Below are positions 9,732 through 19,226 of a stretch of 64,000 bases of DNA, one piece after another. The translations under genes were made by a program, and so were the position numbers. How positions within the stretch are numbered: position 1 is the stretch's first letter; each line of letters begins with the position of its first letter. Source of the stretch: Candidatus Dormiibacterota bacterium (GTDB lineage Bacteria > Chloroflexota > Dormibacteria > Aeolococcales > Aeolococcaceae); contig PMOL01000012.1 of assembly GCA_003162415.1 (NCBI GenBank), forward strand, positions 16,728 through 80,727. The letters run 5' to 3'. The notes under the pieces are model-generated. The model was given only the letters and a program-made list of their open reading frames with translations, was not told where the DNA came from and made no database searches.

Positions 9732-10541
9732 GTGCCCACCTACAGCTTCACCCTCGAGTACGACGGCACCGACTTCGCCGGCTGGCAGATCCAGCCGAGC
9801 GTGCGGACCGCCATGGGCGCGTTCAACGACGCGCTCCGTGCTCTGACTTCCGAAGCGCCCGCGCTCACCGCTGCGGGACGCACCGACTCCGGCGCACATG
9901 CGCACGGACAGGTGGTCGGATGCACGCTCGAGCGAGATTGGGCACCCGATGAGCTTCGCAATGCGCTCAACGCGACGCTCCCCGCCGACCTCGCAGTGCG
10001 CAATGTCGCGATCCGCAATGTCGGGTTCGATGCGCGCCGCGACGCGGTCGACCGCACCTACCGCTACCTGATCGTCTGCAGAGAGGGCCGCTCGCCCGTG
10101 ATGCGCCGCAACGCGTGGACCGTACGCGGACCACTCGACATCGACGCGATGCGCCGTGCTGCTGCTCACCTGGTCGGCAAGCATGATTTCGCCGCGTTCG
10201 GGAGCTCGCCCCGCGTCGGTGGCAGCACCGTCCGTCAGGTCACCTCGGTAACTATTGAACACGCGGCGTTCGGCAGCGATGAGTCACAGCAACCTGGTGA
10301 GCCGGTTCTCGAGAGCATCGCCATCACCGTGCACGCGGATGCGTTTCTGCGGGGCATGATGCGGTCGTTCACCGGCGCGCTCGTGAAGATCGGCTGGGAG
10401 CGCGCCACCCCGGAGTGGCTCGCATCTCTCGTCGACACCGCGACCTCGCGCGATCCGTCCGTCTCGGTGGCACCGGCACGCGGGTTGCACCAGTGGTCGG
10501 TGCGCTATGAGCTGACCCCTGGCCAGGAGCTCGCCGCATGA
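9732..10541 (+). CDS. truA: tRNA pseudouridine(38-40) synthase TruA
   Basis: ...YDGTDFAGWQIQP...AAGRTDSGAHAHGQV (catalytic Asp motif). Confidence 0.92.
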   Translation: MPTYSFTLEYDGTDFAGWQIQPSVRTAMGAFNDALRALTSEAPALTAAGRTDSGAHAHGQVVGCTLERDWAPDELRNALNATLPADLAVRNVAIRNVGFDARRDAVDRTYRYLIVCREGRSPVMRRNAWTVRGPLDIDAMRRAAAHLVGKHDFAAFGSSPRVGGSTVRQVTSVTIEHAAFGSDESQQPGEPVLESIAITVHADAFLRGMMRSFTGALVKIGWERATPEWLASLVDTATSRDPSVSVAPARGLHQWSVRYELTPGQELAA

Positions 10542-11011
10542 CCAGCATACTGACCTACCAGGCCAAGCCCGCCGAGCTCGAGCAGCGATGGTTTCTCGTG
10601 GACGCCCGGGGGCAGACACTCGGACGCCTGGCGGCCAACATCGCGCGTGTGCTGCGCGGCAAGCATCGCCCGGAATTCACGCAGCACATCAACACCGGCG
10701 AGCACGTCATCGTCATCAATGCGCGCGACATCGTGGTCACGGGGCGCAAGCGCACGCTCAAGAAGTACGACCGCTACTCGGGATATCCGAGTGGACGGCG
10801 AGTGCGTACCTTCGACGAGGCCATGGCCGTCGACGCGACCTTCCCGATCATGCACGCCGTCCGCGGGATGCTGCAGCACAACACCCTCGGTGCCGAGCAG
10901 CTCACCCATCTTCGCGTCTACGCGGGCTCGGAGCACAAACATGAGGCCCAGCGACCGCAGCCGATCACCTTCGGCGAGCTAGGGGAGATCATCGTTGCCC
11001 GCACCAGTTGA
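10538..11011 (+). CDS. rplM: 50S ribosomal protein L13
   Basis: ...[34 protein letters not shown]... Confidence 0.96.
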   Translation: MTSILTYQAKPAELEQRWFLVDARGQTLGRLAANIARVLRGKHRPEFTQHINTGEHVIVINARDIVVTGRKRTLKKYDRYSGYPSGRRVRTFDEAMAVDATFPIMHAVRGMLQHNTLGAEQLTHLRVYAGSEHKHEAQRPQPITFGELGEIIVARTS

Positions 11012-11396
11012 GGCATACAAGCAGGCCACCGGCCGTCGCAAGACGGCGGTCGCACGCGTGCGCATCGTCCCCGGTGATGGTGTCATCGTTGTCAATAACC
11101 GCCCACCCAGCGAGTACTTCGGCCGGCGCGACCTCGAGACCGTGGTCACGCAGCCTCTCCGCGTCACCGACACGACCGGACGTTTCGAGGTCTCGGTCAA
11201 GGTCTTCGGTGGCGGTATCGCGGGTCAGGCCGGCGCGGTGTGCCACGGGATCGCCCGTGCGCTGATCGCCGCCGATCCCGAGCTGCGCCCCGTGCTCAAG
11301 GCAGCGGGCTTGCTCACGCGGGATTCGCGGGAGAAAGAGCGCAAGAAGTACGGACTGAAGCGAGCACGGAAGGCGCCGCAGTACACCAAGCGGTAG
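10995..11396 (+). CDS. rpsI: 30S ribosomal protein S9
   Basis: ...[15 protein letters not shown]...ends RKAPQYTKR; TTG start; 17-nt overlap with rplM. Confidence 0.95.
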   Translation: MPAPVEAYKQATGRRKTAVARVRIVPGDGVIVVNNRPPSEYFGRRDLETVVTQPLRVTDTTGRFEVSVKVFGGGIAGQAGAVCHGIARALIAADPELRPVLKAAGLLTRDSREKERKKYGLKRARKAPQYTKR

Positions 11397-11397
11397 C

Positions 11398-12171
11398 GTG
11401 CAGGCTCCACCTACCACGCGGACGACGGTGCGGGCTCGTGTGCTCGGATGCCCGGTCGACATCGTCGACATGGCCACCACAGTGCAAACGCTCGTGGAGA
11501 TGGTGGAACGGCGCCGCGCAGATGCGACGTCGCATCCAGCGGTCGTGATCACGCTCAACCCCGAGATGGTGATGATCGCGCGGCGCAGCCCGGCATTCAG
11601 CGCGGTGCTCGAGTCCGCCTCGTTGGTGGTACCCGATGGGATCGGGCTGGTGCGAGCACTGCGGCGCCGCGGTCATCCCGAGGCCGAGCGTGTCGGCGGC
11701 GCCGACCTGATCGGCTCGTATCTTCCCGAAGCCGAACGCCACGCGCACCGCATCGCCCTGATCGGCGGTGCGCCGGGCGTGGCCGGAGCGGCGCGTGACC
11801 GCATGGTCGAAACCCATCCCGGGCTCCAGGTGGTCGCGGTGAGTGACGGGCCCCCTGGCAGCACCACTGCCTCCGAGGTGGAGACGGCACGGCCCGAGAT
11901 TGTCCTCGCGGCCTTCGGCGCCGGCCGCCAGGAACTGTTCCTGGATCGCTACCTCGGCCCGATCGGCGCGGGGACCGGTATCGGAGTCGGCGGATCCCTC
12001 GATTACCTTGCCGGCCGCGTGCGGCGAGCGCCGACGCTGGTGCGCCGGGTCGGCCTCGAGTGGGCGTGGCGGCTGGCGGTGCAGCCATGGCGAGTGCGGC
12101 GGCAGTCCGTGCTCCCCGTGTACTGGTGGCTCGAGCGCCGCGAGGCCGCTGCCCTTCGCGCCAAACCGTGA
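11398..12171 (+). CDS. WecG/TagA/CpsF-family (GT26) glycosyltransferase
   Basis: ...LGCPVDIVDM...VITLNPEMVMIA...VVPDGIGLV...AFGAGRQELFL...GVGGSLDYLAGRVRRAP..LEWAWRL, the GT26 motif order. Confidence 0.8.
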   Translation: MQAPPTTRTTVRARVLGCPVDIVDMATTVQTLVEMVERRRADATSHPAVVITLNPEMVMIARRSPAFSAVLESASLVVPDGIGLVRALRRRGHPEAERVGGADLIGSYLPEAERHAHRIALIGGAPGVAGAARDRMVETHPGLQVVAVSDGPPGSTTASEVETARPEIVLAAFGAGRQELFLDRYLGPIGAGTGIGVGGSLDYLAGRVRRAPTLVRRVGLEWAWRLAVQPWRVRRQSVLPVYWWLERREAAALRAKP

Positions 12172-12178
12172 GCTCCGG

Positions 12179-12883
12179 ATGCTGAGCATCATCGTTCCGG
12201 CATACAACGAGGAACAGCGCCTTCCCGCGACGCTCACCCGGATGCGCGCATACCTCGACGGCCGCGACGAGCCCTACGAGGTCCTCATCGTCGACGACGG
12301 GAGCACCGACAACACCGTGGCGATGTCGCGGACCATCGCTGACGGCTGGCCGGAGCTCCAGGTGCTCGCACTGGAGCGGAACGCCGGCAAGGGCGCCGCG
12401 GTGCGCCTGGGCATGCTCACCGCCAGGGGCGAGCATCGCGTCTTCAGCGACGCGGACCTCAGCACGCCGATCGAGGAGGTCGAACGCCTGCGCGCGCAAC
12501 TGCACGGGAACTGCGCGGTGGCCATTGCATCGCGAGCCCTCCCGGAGTCGCAGATCGACATCCATCAACCCGGGCGACGCGAGGTGATGGGTCGCACCTA
12601 CAACCGCCTGCTTCGGCTCGCGGCGCTCCGTGGCCTGCACGACACGCAGTGCGGGTTCAAGGCGTTCACCGCCGACGCCGCGGTCGCGTGCTTCGAACCG
12701 CTGCGAACCTTGCGCTTCGGATTCGACGCCGAGGTGCTGCTCCGAGCCCGCCGGCTTGGCTGGACGGTCGCTGAGGTGCCGGTCCGCTGGGAGCACAAGG
12801 AGGACTCGCGCGTGAGCGCGATGCGGGACTCGATCGGCACTCTTTACGACCTGCTGCGTCTACGGTTCATTGTCCGGCGATAA
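12179..12883 (+). CDS. Family 2 glycosyltransferase (polyprenyl/dolichyl-phosphate sugar synthase-like)
   Basis: Start set at ATG 12179: MLSIIVPAYNEEQRL...LIVDDGSTDNT...FSDADLSTP...TQCGFKAF. The upstream part of tracked ORF 11843 overlaps the GT26 gene out of frame. Confidence 0.85.
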   Translation: MLSIIVPAYNEEQRLPATLTRMRAYLDGRDEPYEVLIVDDGSTDNTVAMSRTIADGWPELQVLALERNAGKGAAVRLGMLTARGEHRVFSDADLSTPIEEVERLRAQLHGNCAVAIASRALPESQIDIHQPGRREVMGRTYNRLLRLAALRGLHDTQCGFKAFTADAAVACFEPLRTLRFGFDAEVLLRARRLGWTVAEVPVRWEHKEDSRVSAMRDSIGTLYDLLRLRFIVRR

Positions 12884-12890
12884 TCGGTAG

Positions 12891-13994
12891 GTGAGAACCG
12901 CCCAGCGAGCCATGACGTCGGGTCACATCGACGTTCGGGTTGCCGGCGCCCCAATTGTCGGGCTGCGGTTTCACCTCGACTCCCGCGCCGCCGATCTCGA
13001 CGAACGTGCCGACGAGCTGGAGCGCCGGCTGATCGAGGTCGGCGTCCAGCGCGCCAACCTCATGGTTCGGCTTCGTGGTGTCGAGGAAGCGCGGCAGCAG
13101 GCGCTCGAGGTGCTCCCCGGCATGGGATCGCCGGCCATCATCGCCGAGATCGCAGCCACCTTCGCCGAGGGACTCGAGATGAGCACCGAGCTCACCCGTC
13201 TCGAGACCCGCGCCGAGGGGATCCGCGCCCGCCTCGGAGACGTCACCTCGGAGCAGGCGGTCCTGCGGACCATGAGCCGCCAGCTCTCGCAGGTGCCCGG
13301 GGAGTCGGTAGCCGATCCAAATCAGCGCGCCAGCCAGTACAGCCAGGCAGCCCGTCAGATCTATGAGATCGCCGATGTGGAGCACGCCGAGACCGCACGG
13401 CTCATCCTCGAGGGCCCGATGCAGCGCCTTGCGGATGCGGCCCTGGAGGCGGAGCTGATCGGCAGAAGCCTGGTCCGTGAACCGGCGACGGCGGTCGGCG
13501 CGAGCTCACGGTGCCGGACCGCTGCCGCCGAGGCCTCGGAGCAGCTCAGCGAGGTCATCGCGGGACTCCTGCCGCTCGCAGAGGAGCGGGGGCTCGTGGG
13601 GGCCGTACGCGACCTCCTCGCCGCATGGAGCGATCGAGGCGCCGTGCTCCTCCACATCCTCGGGAGCGAGCGCCGGATGCCATCGCTCGCGGAGATCACG
13701 ATGTACCGGATCATGGAGCAGGCGATCGACAACGCCCTGGCGCACGGGCGTCCGCAGCGGGTGGACGCGATCATCTCGTTCCTCCCGCGCCTCGTCGTCG
13801 GCGTGGTGAAGGATGACGGCGACGGATTCGACGTCAATGCCACCGACGCCCGGATGGGACGCACAGCGGGCCTCGGGCTCATCCAGATGCGCGAGCGGGC
13901 GGTAGTGGTCGGGGGTCGGGTCCAGGTGCGCAGCGGGCTCGGGCTCGGCACGGAGGTCCGCGTCACCATCCCTGACAGCCGCGCGACGACCTAG
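12891..13994 (+). CDS. Soluble DegS/NarX-type (HisKA_3-like) sensor histidine kinase, no adjacent response regulator
   Basis: No TM segment; coiled-coil N-half; candidate H-box IYEIADVEHAETARLILEG. C-terminal HATPase_c: MYRIMEQAIDNALAHG...DDGDGFD...GLGLIQMRERA...GTEVRVTIP. Confidence 0.65.
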   Translation: MRTAQRAMTSGHIDVRVAGAPIVGLRFHLDSRAADLDERADELERRLIEVGVQRANLMVRLRGVEEARQQALEVLPGMGSPAIIAEIAATFAEGLEMSTELTRLETRAEGIRARLGDVTSEQAVLRTMSRQLSQVPGESVADPNQRASQYSQAARQIYEIADVEHAETARLILEGPMQRLADAALEAELIGRSLVREPATAVGASSRCRTAAAEASEQLSEVIAGLLPLAEERGLVGAVRDLLAAWSDRGAVLLHILGSERRMPSLAEITMYRIMEQAIDNALAHGRPQRVDAIISFLPRLVVGVVKDDGDGFDVNATDARMGRTAGLGLIQMRERAVVVGGRVQVRSGLGLGTEVRVTIPDSRATT

Positions 13995-14038
13995 CGACGG
14001 GGGCGACGCGCGGGGAATCGCCGGGTAGCATCGCGGTC

Positions 14039-14398
14039 ATGTCCTCGACGCAGCGAAACTTCCGCCTCACCACGTCCGCCGGCAAGACAGTCGTTGCAGC
14101 GGTCGTGATGGCCGACACACCCTGGCAGCGCTTCATCGGCTTGATGGGCAAGCGCGAGCTCGCCGCCGACGCAGGCCTCTGCCTGCGCCCGTGCAGCTCC
14201 ATCCACATGTTCTTCATGCGCTTCCCCGTCGATGTCGCGTTCATCGACACCGACGGGAAGGTCGTTCACATGTACAACGGGCTCCGACCTTGGCGGGTCT
14301 CGCGGATCGTGCGCCGCGCGAAAGCGGCGATCGAATTGCCGAGCGGTGCGCTGGCGCGCGCGGGCGTCGGTGTGGGAGACCTCCTGACAATGTCCTGA
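14039..14398 (+). CDS. DUF192-family protein
   Basis: ...VMADTPWQRFIGLMGK...LCLRPCSSIHMFFMRFPVDVAFID.DGKVV...AIELPSG, typical DUF192 pattern. Confidence 0.75.
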   Translation: MSSTQRNFRLTTSAGKTVVAAVVMADTPWQRFIGLMGKRELAADAGLCLRPCSSIHMFFMRFPVDVAFIDTDGKVVHMYNGLRPWRVSRIVRRAKAAIELPSGALARAGVGVGDLLTMS

Positions 14399-14443
14399 TT
14401 CGGTACGGTCGCCTTCGCCACAAAGCGTGATTGGAGGAACGAC

Positions 14444-15184
14444 GTGTACCAGGGATTGCTTGCCGAGACCGTGACCGTTGTCGGTCACAACGACGACGAG
14501 ATCGGCGCGTACCTCGCCAGGCCGCTCGGCCCAGGGCCGTTTCCAGGTGTGCTGGTGATCCACCATGCCCCCGGCTGGGACACGGCGACCAAGGAGATCG
14601 CTCGGCGCTTCGCGTACGAGGGGTACATCGCGATCTGCCCGAACCTGTACCACCGCTTCGGCCCGGATCTTTCGACCGACGACGCCGCTGCCGCGGCCCG
14701 CGCCGGGGGATGGGTCACCACCGAGCAATTCCTCGCCGATGCGGCCGGCGCGTTGCGGCATGTCAGGGGCCTGCCGGTGAGCAACGGCAAGGTTGGCGCG
14801 ATCGGGTACTGCTCGGGAGGGCGGCAGTCATTTCTGGCGGCCTGCGAGCTCCCCGTCGACGCCGCGATCGATTGCTACGGAGCGTTCGTCGTCAACGGCT
14901 CGCCACCCGAGATGCCGCTCAGGATGGAGCCGGTCATCGACCGCGCACCGAAGATCTCCTGCCCGATCCTCGGGCTCTTCGGCGTCGAGGACACGAGGCC
15001 GTCACCCGACGAGGTGGCGCAGATCGACGCCGAGCTGACCCGGCTCGGCAAGGAGCATGAGTTCCACTCGTTCCAGAATGCGGGCCACGGGTTCTTCGCC
15101 GTCGATCGGACGATGTACCGGGTCGAGGCCGCCGTCGAGGGTTGGCGGCTCATCCTCGATTTCTACGGCCGCCACCTGGCCTGA
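14444..15184 (+). CDS. Dienelactone hydrolase family protein
   Basis: ...PFPGVLVIHHAPGWD...VGAIGYCSGGRQSF (nucleophile elbow)...FQNAGHGFF. Confidence 0.8.
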   Translation: MYQGLLAETVTVVGHNDDEIGAYLARPLGPGPFPGVLVIHHAPGWDTATKEIARRFAYEGYIAICPNLYHRFGPDLSTDDAAAAARAGGWVTTEQFLADAAGALRHVRGLPVSNGKVGAIGYCSGGRQSFLAACELPVDAAIDCYGAFVVNGSPPEMPLRMEPVIDRAPKISCPILGLFGVEDTRPSPDEVAQIDAELTRLGKEHEFHSFQNAGHGFFAVDRTMYRVEAAVEGWRLILDFYGRHLA

Positions 15185-15197
15185 GGGGGAGATTCAC

Positions 15198-15455
15198 ATG
15201 TGCTCGTATGTCGTTGAGAAGACCGCGCTGACCGGGAGCGCCAAAGCAGCAGGTACCTGGTCGCCGATCAACACCGCCGTCGTCTCCGTTGACCATCCCT
15301 TCCACGCACCCGTCGAGCATGCGCTGATCGTCGATTTCACCAATGCGGGCCGGCCGGTGAGTGAGCGGGTCGCCCTGGAGCTGAGCGTCGCCTCCGCACG
15401 GGAGTTGATCGCGTGCATGCAGACGGCGCTGGACGCGTTCGGGGAGGGCGGTTAG
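15198..15455 (+). CDS. Small hypothetical protein (85 aa)
   Basis: ATG 15198 preceded by GAGGGGGA RBS: MCSYVVEKTALTGSAKAAGTW... No family recognised. Confidence 0.5.
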   Translation: MCSYVVEKTALTGSAKAAGTWSPINTAVVSVDHPFHAPVEHALIVDFTNAGRPVSERVALELSVASARELIACMQTALDAFGEGG

Positions 15456-15548
15456 CGGCGGGCTCGAACCGGGAGCATCGCCGCACGCGCTGCTACTCAC
15501 GGCGAGTTGTCCCGCGCGCGTCCCCCATGAGCAGGCATACGTGCACGA

Positions 15549-16187
15549 GTGCTCGCCGCGCTCGCCCGGCTCTTCCTCGACGCCGTCGCCCCCAGGCGAT
15601 GCGCCGGATGCGATGCCGTCTGCGATGAGTCGATCTGCGCGAACTGTGGCGCCGCCATGTCCGCGATGCCGTTCCCGCCCGTTCGGCGCATGCGCCATGG
15701 CAGCGGGTTCGCGGCGTTCGACTTCGTCGAGCCGGTCCGGGCGGTCCTGCACCGGGGCAAGTACGGCGGCGATCGTCAGGCGCTGTCTGAACTGGCCGCG
15801 ATGACTTCGCGGCGGCTCGGCGGCCCGAGGCTGTTCACCCCCGACGCCGTCATCGCCGTCCCGCTCGGTCATCGCCGGCGCCGGCAACGCGGGTACAACC
15901 AGTCAGAGATCATCGCGGAGGCCGTCGCTGACACGCGAGACGTCCCTGTGCTCGGCGACCTGGCTAGGATCCGCGAGACGCCACCCCAGAGCGCCCGCGA
16001 CGAGGCGGCCCGACGCGACAATGTGGCCGGGGCGTTCGCCTGGACCGGGAGCGATCTCGCCGGCGCCTACGTCTGGCTCGTCGACGACGTGCTCACCACC
16101 GGCGCCACCGTGGAGGCAGCGGCGGCCGTACTCGCTCACGCGGGAGCCTCGCTGGTCGACGTCGTGGTGGTGGCCGCGGTTTCGTGA
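15549..16187 (+). CDS. ComF-family phosphoribosyltransferase-domain protein
   Basis: N-terminal Cys cluster CAGCDAVCDESICANCG and C-terminal PRTase motif VWLVDDVLTTGATV; conserved position upstream of secA. Confidence 0.75.
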   Translation: MLAALARLFLDAVAPRRCAGCDAVCDESICANCGAAMSAMPFPPVRRMRHGSGFAAFDFVEPVRAVLHRGKYGGDRQALSELAAMTSRRLGGPRLFTPDAVIAVPLGHRRRRQRGYNQSEIIAEAVADTRDVPVLGDLARIRETPPQSARDEAARRDNVAGAFAWTGSDLAGAYVWLVDDVLTTGATVEAAAAVLAHAGASLVDVVVVAAVS

Positions 16188-16205
16188 AAGGCGAGGGCTG
16201 CCACA

Positions 16206-19163
16206 ATGGACGGGAGTATGTCCATCTTCCGAAAGCCGATCAACAAGGTCCTCGGCGACCCCGTGAAGCGCGAGATCAAGCGCTACCAGGGGGTCGTGGA
16301 CCTCATCAACGAACTCGAGGCCGAGATGTCGGGGCTCACCGACGAGGCGCTCCGGGAGAAGACCCGCGAATTCAGGGAGCGCCTCGGGATTGAGGGAATC
16401 GACATCACCCACGGTCAGTCCTTCACGGCCGGTCTCGGCGAGGAGACCGAGGAGATGGCCATGGAGCGGATCGAGGAGCAGGAGCGAGACGCTGCACGCC
16501 GCCAGGCGCTCGACGACCTCCTGCCCGAGGCCTTCGCGGTCGTCCGCGAGGCGTCCAAGCGCACCCTCGGCATGCGCCACTTCGACGTTCAGCTGATCGG
16601 TGGCATCGTGCTCCATCAGGGCCGGATCGCCGAGATGAAAACCGGTGAAGGCAAGACGCTGGTGGCGACCCTCGCGCTCTACCTCAATGCGCTCGAGAGT
16701 CGTGGCGCGCACCTCGTGACCGTCAACGATTACCTGGCGCGACGCGACGCCGGTTGGAATGCGGGGCTGTACCACTTCCTCGGGCTGTCGGTCGGTGTCA
16801 TCGCCGGGCAGGACCTGTCCTACGTCTACGACCCGGACTTCGTCGACGACACGCACCCGGATCCGCGTCTGCAACATCTCCGGCCGTCCACCCGTCGCGA
16901 GGCGTACGCCGCCGACATCACCTACTCGACCAACAACGAGCTGGGCTTTGACTACCTGCGCGACAACATGGCGCAGAAGCTCGACCGATGCGTGCAACGC
17001 CGCCTGCGCTTCGCGATCGTCGACGAGGTGGACTCGATCCTCATCGACGAGGCTCGGACGCCACTGATCATCAGCGGGCAGGCGAGTGAGGCAACCGACA
17101 AGTTCTACACGTATGCGCGGCTGATCCCGCGGCTCGTCGCCGAGGACGACTACACGATCGACGAGAAGACCAAATCGGCGACGCTCACCGAGGAGGGCGT
17201 CGACAAGATCGAGAAGTGGACCGGGATCTCCAACGTCTACGAGATGGAGCACGCCGCGGAGGCGCATCAGATCAACCAGGCGCTGCGTGCGCACGCGCTC
17301 TGGCTCCGCGACCGCGACTACATCGTGCGCGACGGCGAGGTGATCATCGTCGACGAGTTCACCGGGCGCACGATGCCGGGACGCCGCTGGTCTGATGGTC
17401 TTCACCAGGCGATCGAGGCCAAGGAAGGCGTTGCGGTTCAGCAGGAGACGGTCACCCTCGCGACGATCACGTTCCAGAACTTCTTCCGCCTCTACGACAA
17501 GCTGGCGGGCATGACCGGTACCGCGCTCACCGAGGCCGAGGAGTTCCACAAGATCTACACCCTCGAGGTCGTGCCGATCCCCACGCACCGGCCGATGGTG
17601 CGTCTCGACGAACCCGACCTCATCTACAAGGGTGAGGAGGGCAAATATCGCGCTGTCGTCGATGAGATCGCGGAGCGGTACAAGAAGGGACAGCCGATCC
17701 TCGTGGGGACGACGAGCATCGAGAAGAGCGAGCGGTTGAGCCGCCAGCTCGACAAGCTGGGTGTCCAGCACTCGGTGCTCAACGCCAAGCTGCACGAGAG
17801 GGAGGCGGATGTCATCGCCAACGCTGGTCAGCGTGGGAGCGTCACGATCGCAACCAACATGGCCGGACGCGGTACCGACATCGTGCTCGGCGAGGGTGTC
17901 GCCGATGTCGGCGGCCTGTACATCATCGGGACCGAGCGCCACGAATCGCGGCGCATCGATAACCAGCTCCGCGGCCGCGCGGGCCGCCAAGGCGATCCCG
18001 GGGAGTCACGCTTCTTCTTATCCTTCGAGGACGACCTGATGCGCGTCTTCGGTGGCGAGCGCATGCAGGGCTTCATGGGCAAGCTCGGCGTCGACGAGGA
18101 CACACCGCTCGAGTCGAAGCTCGTGTCGCGGCAGATCGAAGGAGCGCAGGCGCGCGTCGAGGGACAGAACTTCGACAGCCGCCGTCACGTCGTCGAGTAC
18201 GACGACGTCATGAACAAGCAGCGCGAGATCATCTACGGCGAGCGTCGCAAGATTCTCGAAGGAACCGACACGCGCGCGAACTTCATCTCGATGGTCGAGC
18301 ACGTGGTGACGGCTGAGGTGCCGACCTTCTGCGAGGGACGGCATCGCGAGGCCTGGGATTTCGAGGGGCTCTGGACGCAGATGCGCATGTTCGCCGCAGG
18401 CTTACCGCCGTTTTCCGAGGTCAGCATGGACAGCCTCGGGAATTCCGTCGAGGAGGTCACCGAGACGCTCAGCGGCGAGTTGATCGGACTCTACGAGGAG
18501 AAGGAGCAGGAGTACGGCGCGGAGTTGCTCCGCGAGGTTGAGCAGAGCGTGATGCTCCAGGTGATCGACGCTCGGTGGCTTGCGTATCTGACCCAGATGG
18601 ATCACCTCCGTGAGGGCATGGGCTTCCAGGCCTACGGTCAGATGGATCCTCTGGTCGAGTACAAGGCTGCGGCGTTCACCGCGTTCCAGGACCTCACCGA
18701 GGACATCCAGCGCGAGATCGTCCGAGCCCTGCTCAACGTCCAGATCCGGCGTGTGGATCCCAACGAGACTGCGTTGCCCGACGACGCCGATGCTGGTGAG
18801 GTCGCGGCAATCCCGGCACCCACCGCCGGAGCTGCTGAGGCGACTGCACCGCCATCGCCGCGGGCGGATCGACCGGGTGGCGCCACCGACGGTGCGCAGG
18901 TACCCCCGGCTCGGCCGGCCGCTGCGCTGGCGAGCGGAGCGCTCGCGCGTGCCACCGCACCACGTGTGTCGGCACCGGTGGTGAGCAAGCCCATCGTGCG
19001 CAATATCGTCGAGTCGTCCTCGGAGGGGACGCGACGCGCGGATGGCAGCAACGGTAACGGCGCGACCAACGGTGCGAGCGGGACGCCTCAAGGCAAGGTT
19101 GGGCGAAACCAGGCATGCCCCTGCGGGTCCGGGAAGAAGTACAAGTACTGCCACGGGCGCTGA
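16206..19163 (+). CDS. secA: Preprotein translocase ATPase SecA
   Basis: [11 protein letters not shown] (Walker A), [30 protein letters not shown]-terminal zinc motif [15 protein letters not shown]. Long A/P-rich linker before the zinc finger. ATG 16218 is an alternative start. Confidence 0.97.
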   Translation: MDGSMSIFRKPINKVLGDPVKREIKRYQGVVDLINELEAEMSGLTDEALREKTREFRERLGIEGIDITHGQSFTAGLGEETEEMAMERIEEQERDAARRQALDDLLPEAFAVVREASKRTLGMRHFDVQLIGGIVLHQGRIAEMKTGEGKTLVATLALYLNALESRGAHLVTVNDYLARRDAGWNAGLYHFLGLSVGVIAGQDLSYVYDPDFVDDTHPDPRLQHLRPSTRREAYAADITYSTNNELGFDYLRDNMAQKLDRCVQRRLRFAIVDEVDSILIDEARTPLIISGQASEATDKFYTYARLIPRLVAEDDYTIDEKTKSATLTEEGVDKIEKWTGISNVYEMEHAAEAHQINQALRAHALWLRDRDYIVRDGEVIIVDEFTGRTMPGRRWSDGLHQAIEAKEGVAVQQETVTLATITFQNFFRLYDKLAGMTGTALTEAEEFHKIYTLEVVPIPTHRPMVRLDEPDLIYKGEEGKYRAVVDEIAERYKKGQPILVGTTSIEKSERLSRQLDKLGVQHSVLNAKLHEREADVIANAGQRGSVTIATNMAGRGTDIVLGEGVADVGGLYIIGTERHESRRIDNQLRGRAGRQGDPGESRFFLSFEDDLMRVFGGERMQGFMGKLGVDEDTPLESKLVSRQIEGAQARVEGQNFDSRRHVVEYDDVMNKQREIIYGERRKILEGTDTRANFISMVEHVVTAEVPTFCEGRHREAWDFEGLWTQMRMFAAGLPPFSEVSMDSLGNSVEEVTETLSGELIGLYEEKEQEYGAELLREVEQSVMLQVIDARWLAYLTQMDHLREGMGFQAYGQMDPLVEYKAAAFTAFQDLTEDIQREIVRALLNVQIRRVDPNETALPDDADAGEVAAIPAPTAGAAEATAPPSPRADRPGGATDGAQVPPARPAAALASGALARATAPRVSAPVVSKPIVRNIVESSSEGTRRADGSNGNGATNGASGTPQGKVGRNQACPCGSGKKYKYCHGR

Positions 19164-19226
19164 CGGGCGGCAACTGCCGCGCGTGAAGAGCTGCGAGGAG
19201 ACCGCTCGCGCGTGCGAGCCGGCGGT

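Noticed and set aside
8309-9739. 476-aa reverse-strand ORF
   Set aside because: It is antisense to rpoA and rplQ. Same GC artefact.
15903-17990. 695-aa reverse-strand ORF
   Set aside because: It is entirely antisense to secA, with Arg/Asp/Gly/Leu/Val-heavy composition typical of the mirror frame of a high-GC gene and no recognisable motifs. secA on the plus strand explains the open frame.
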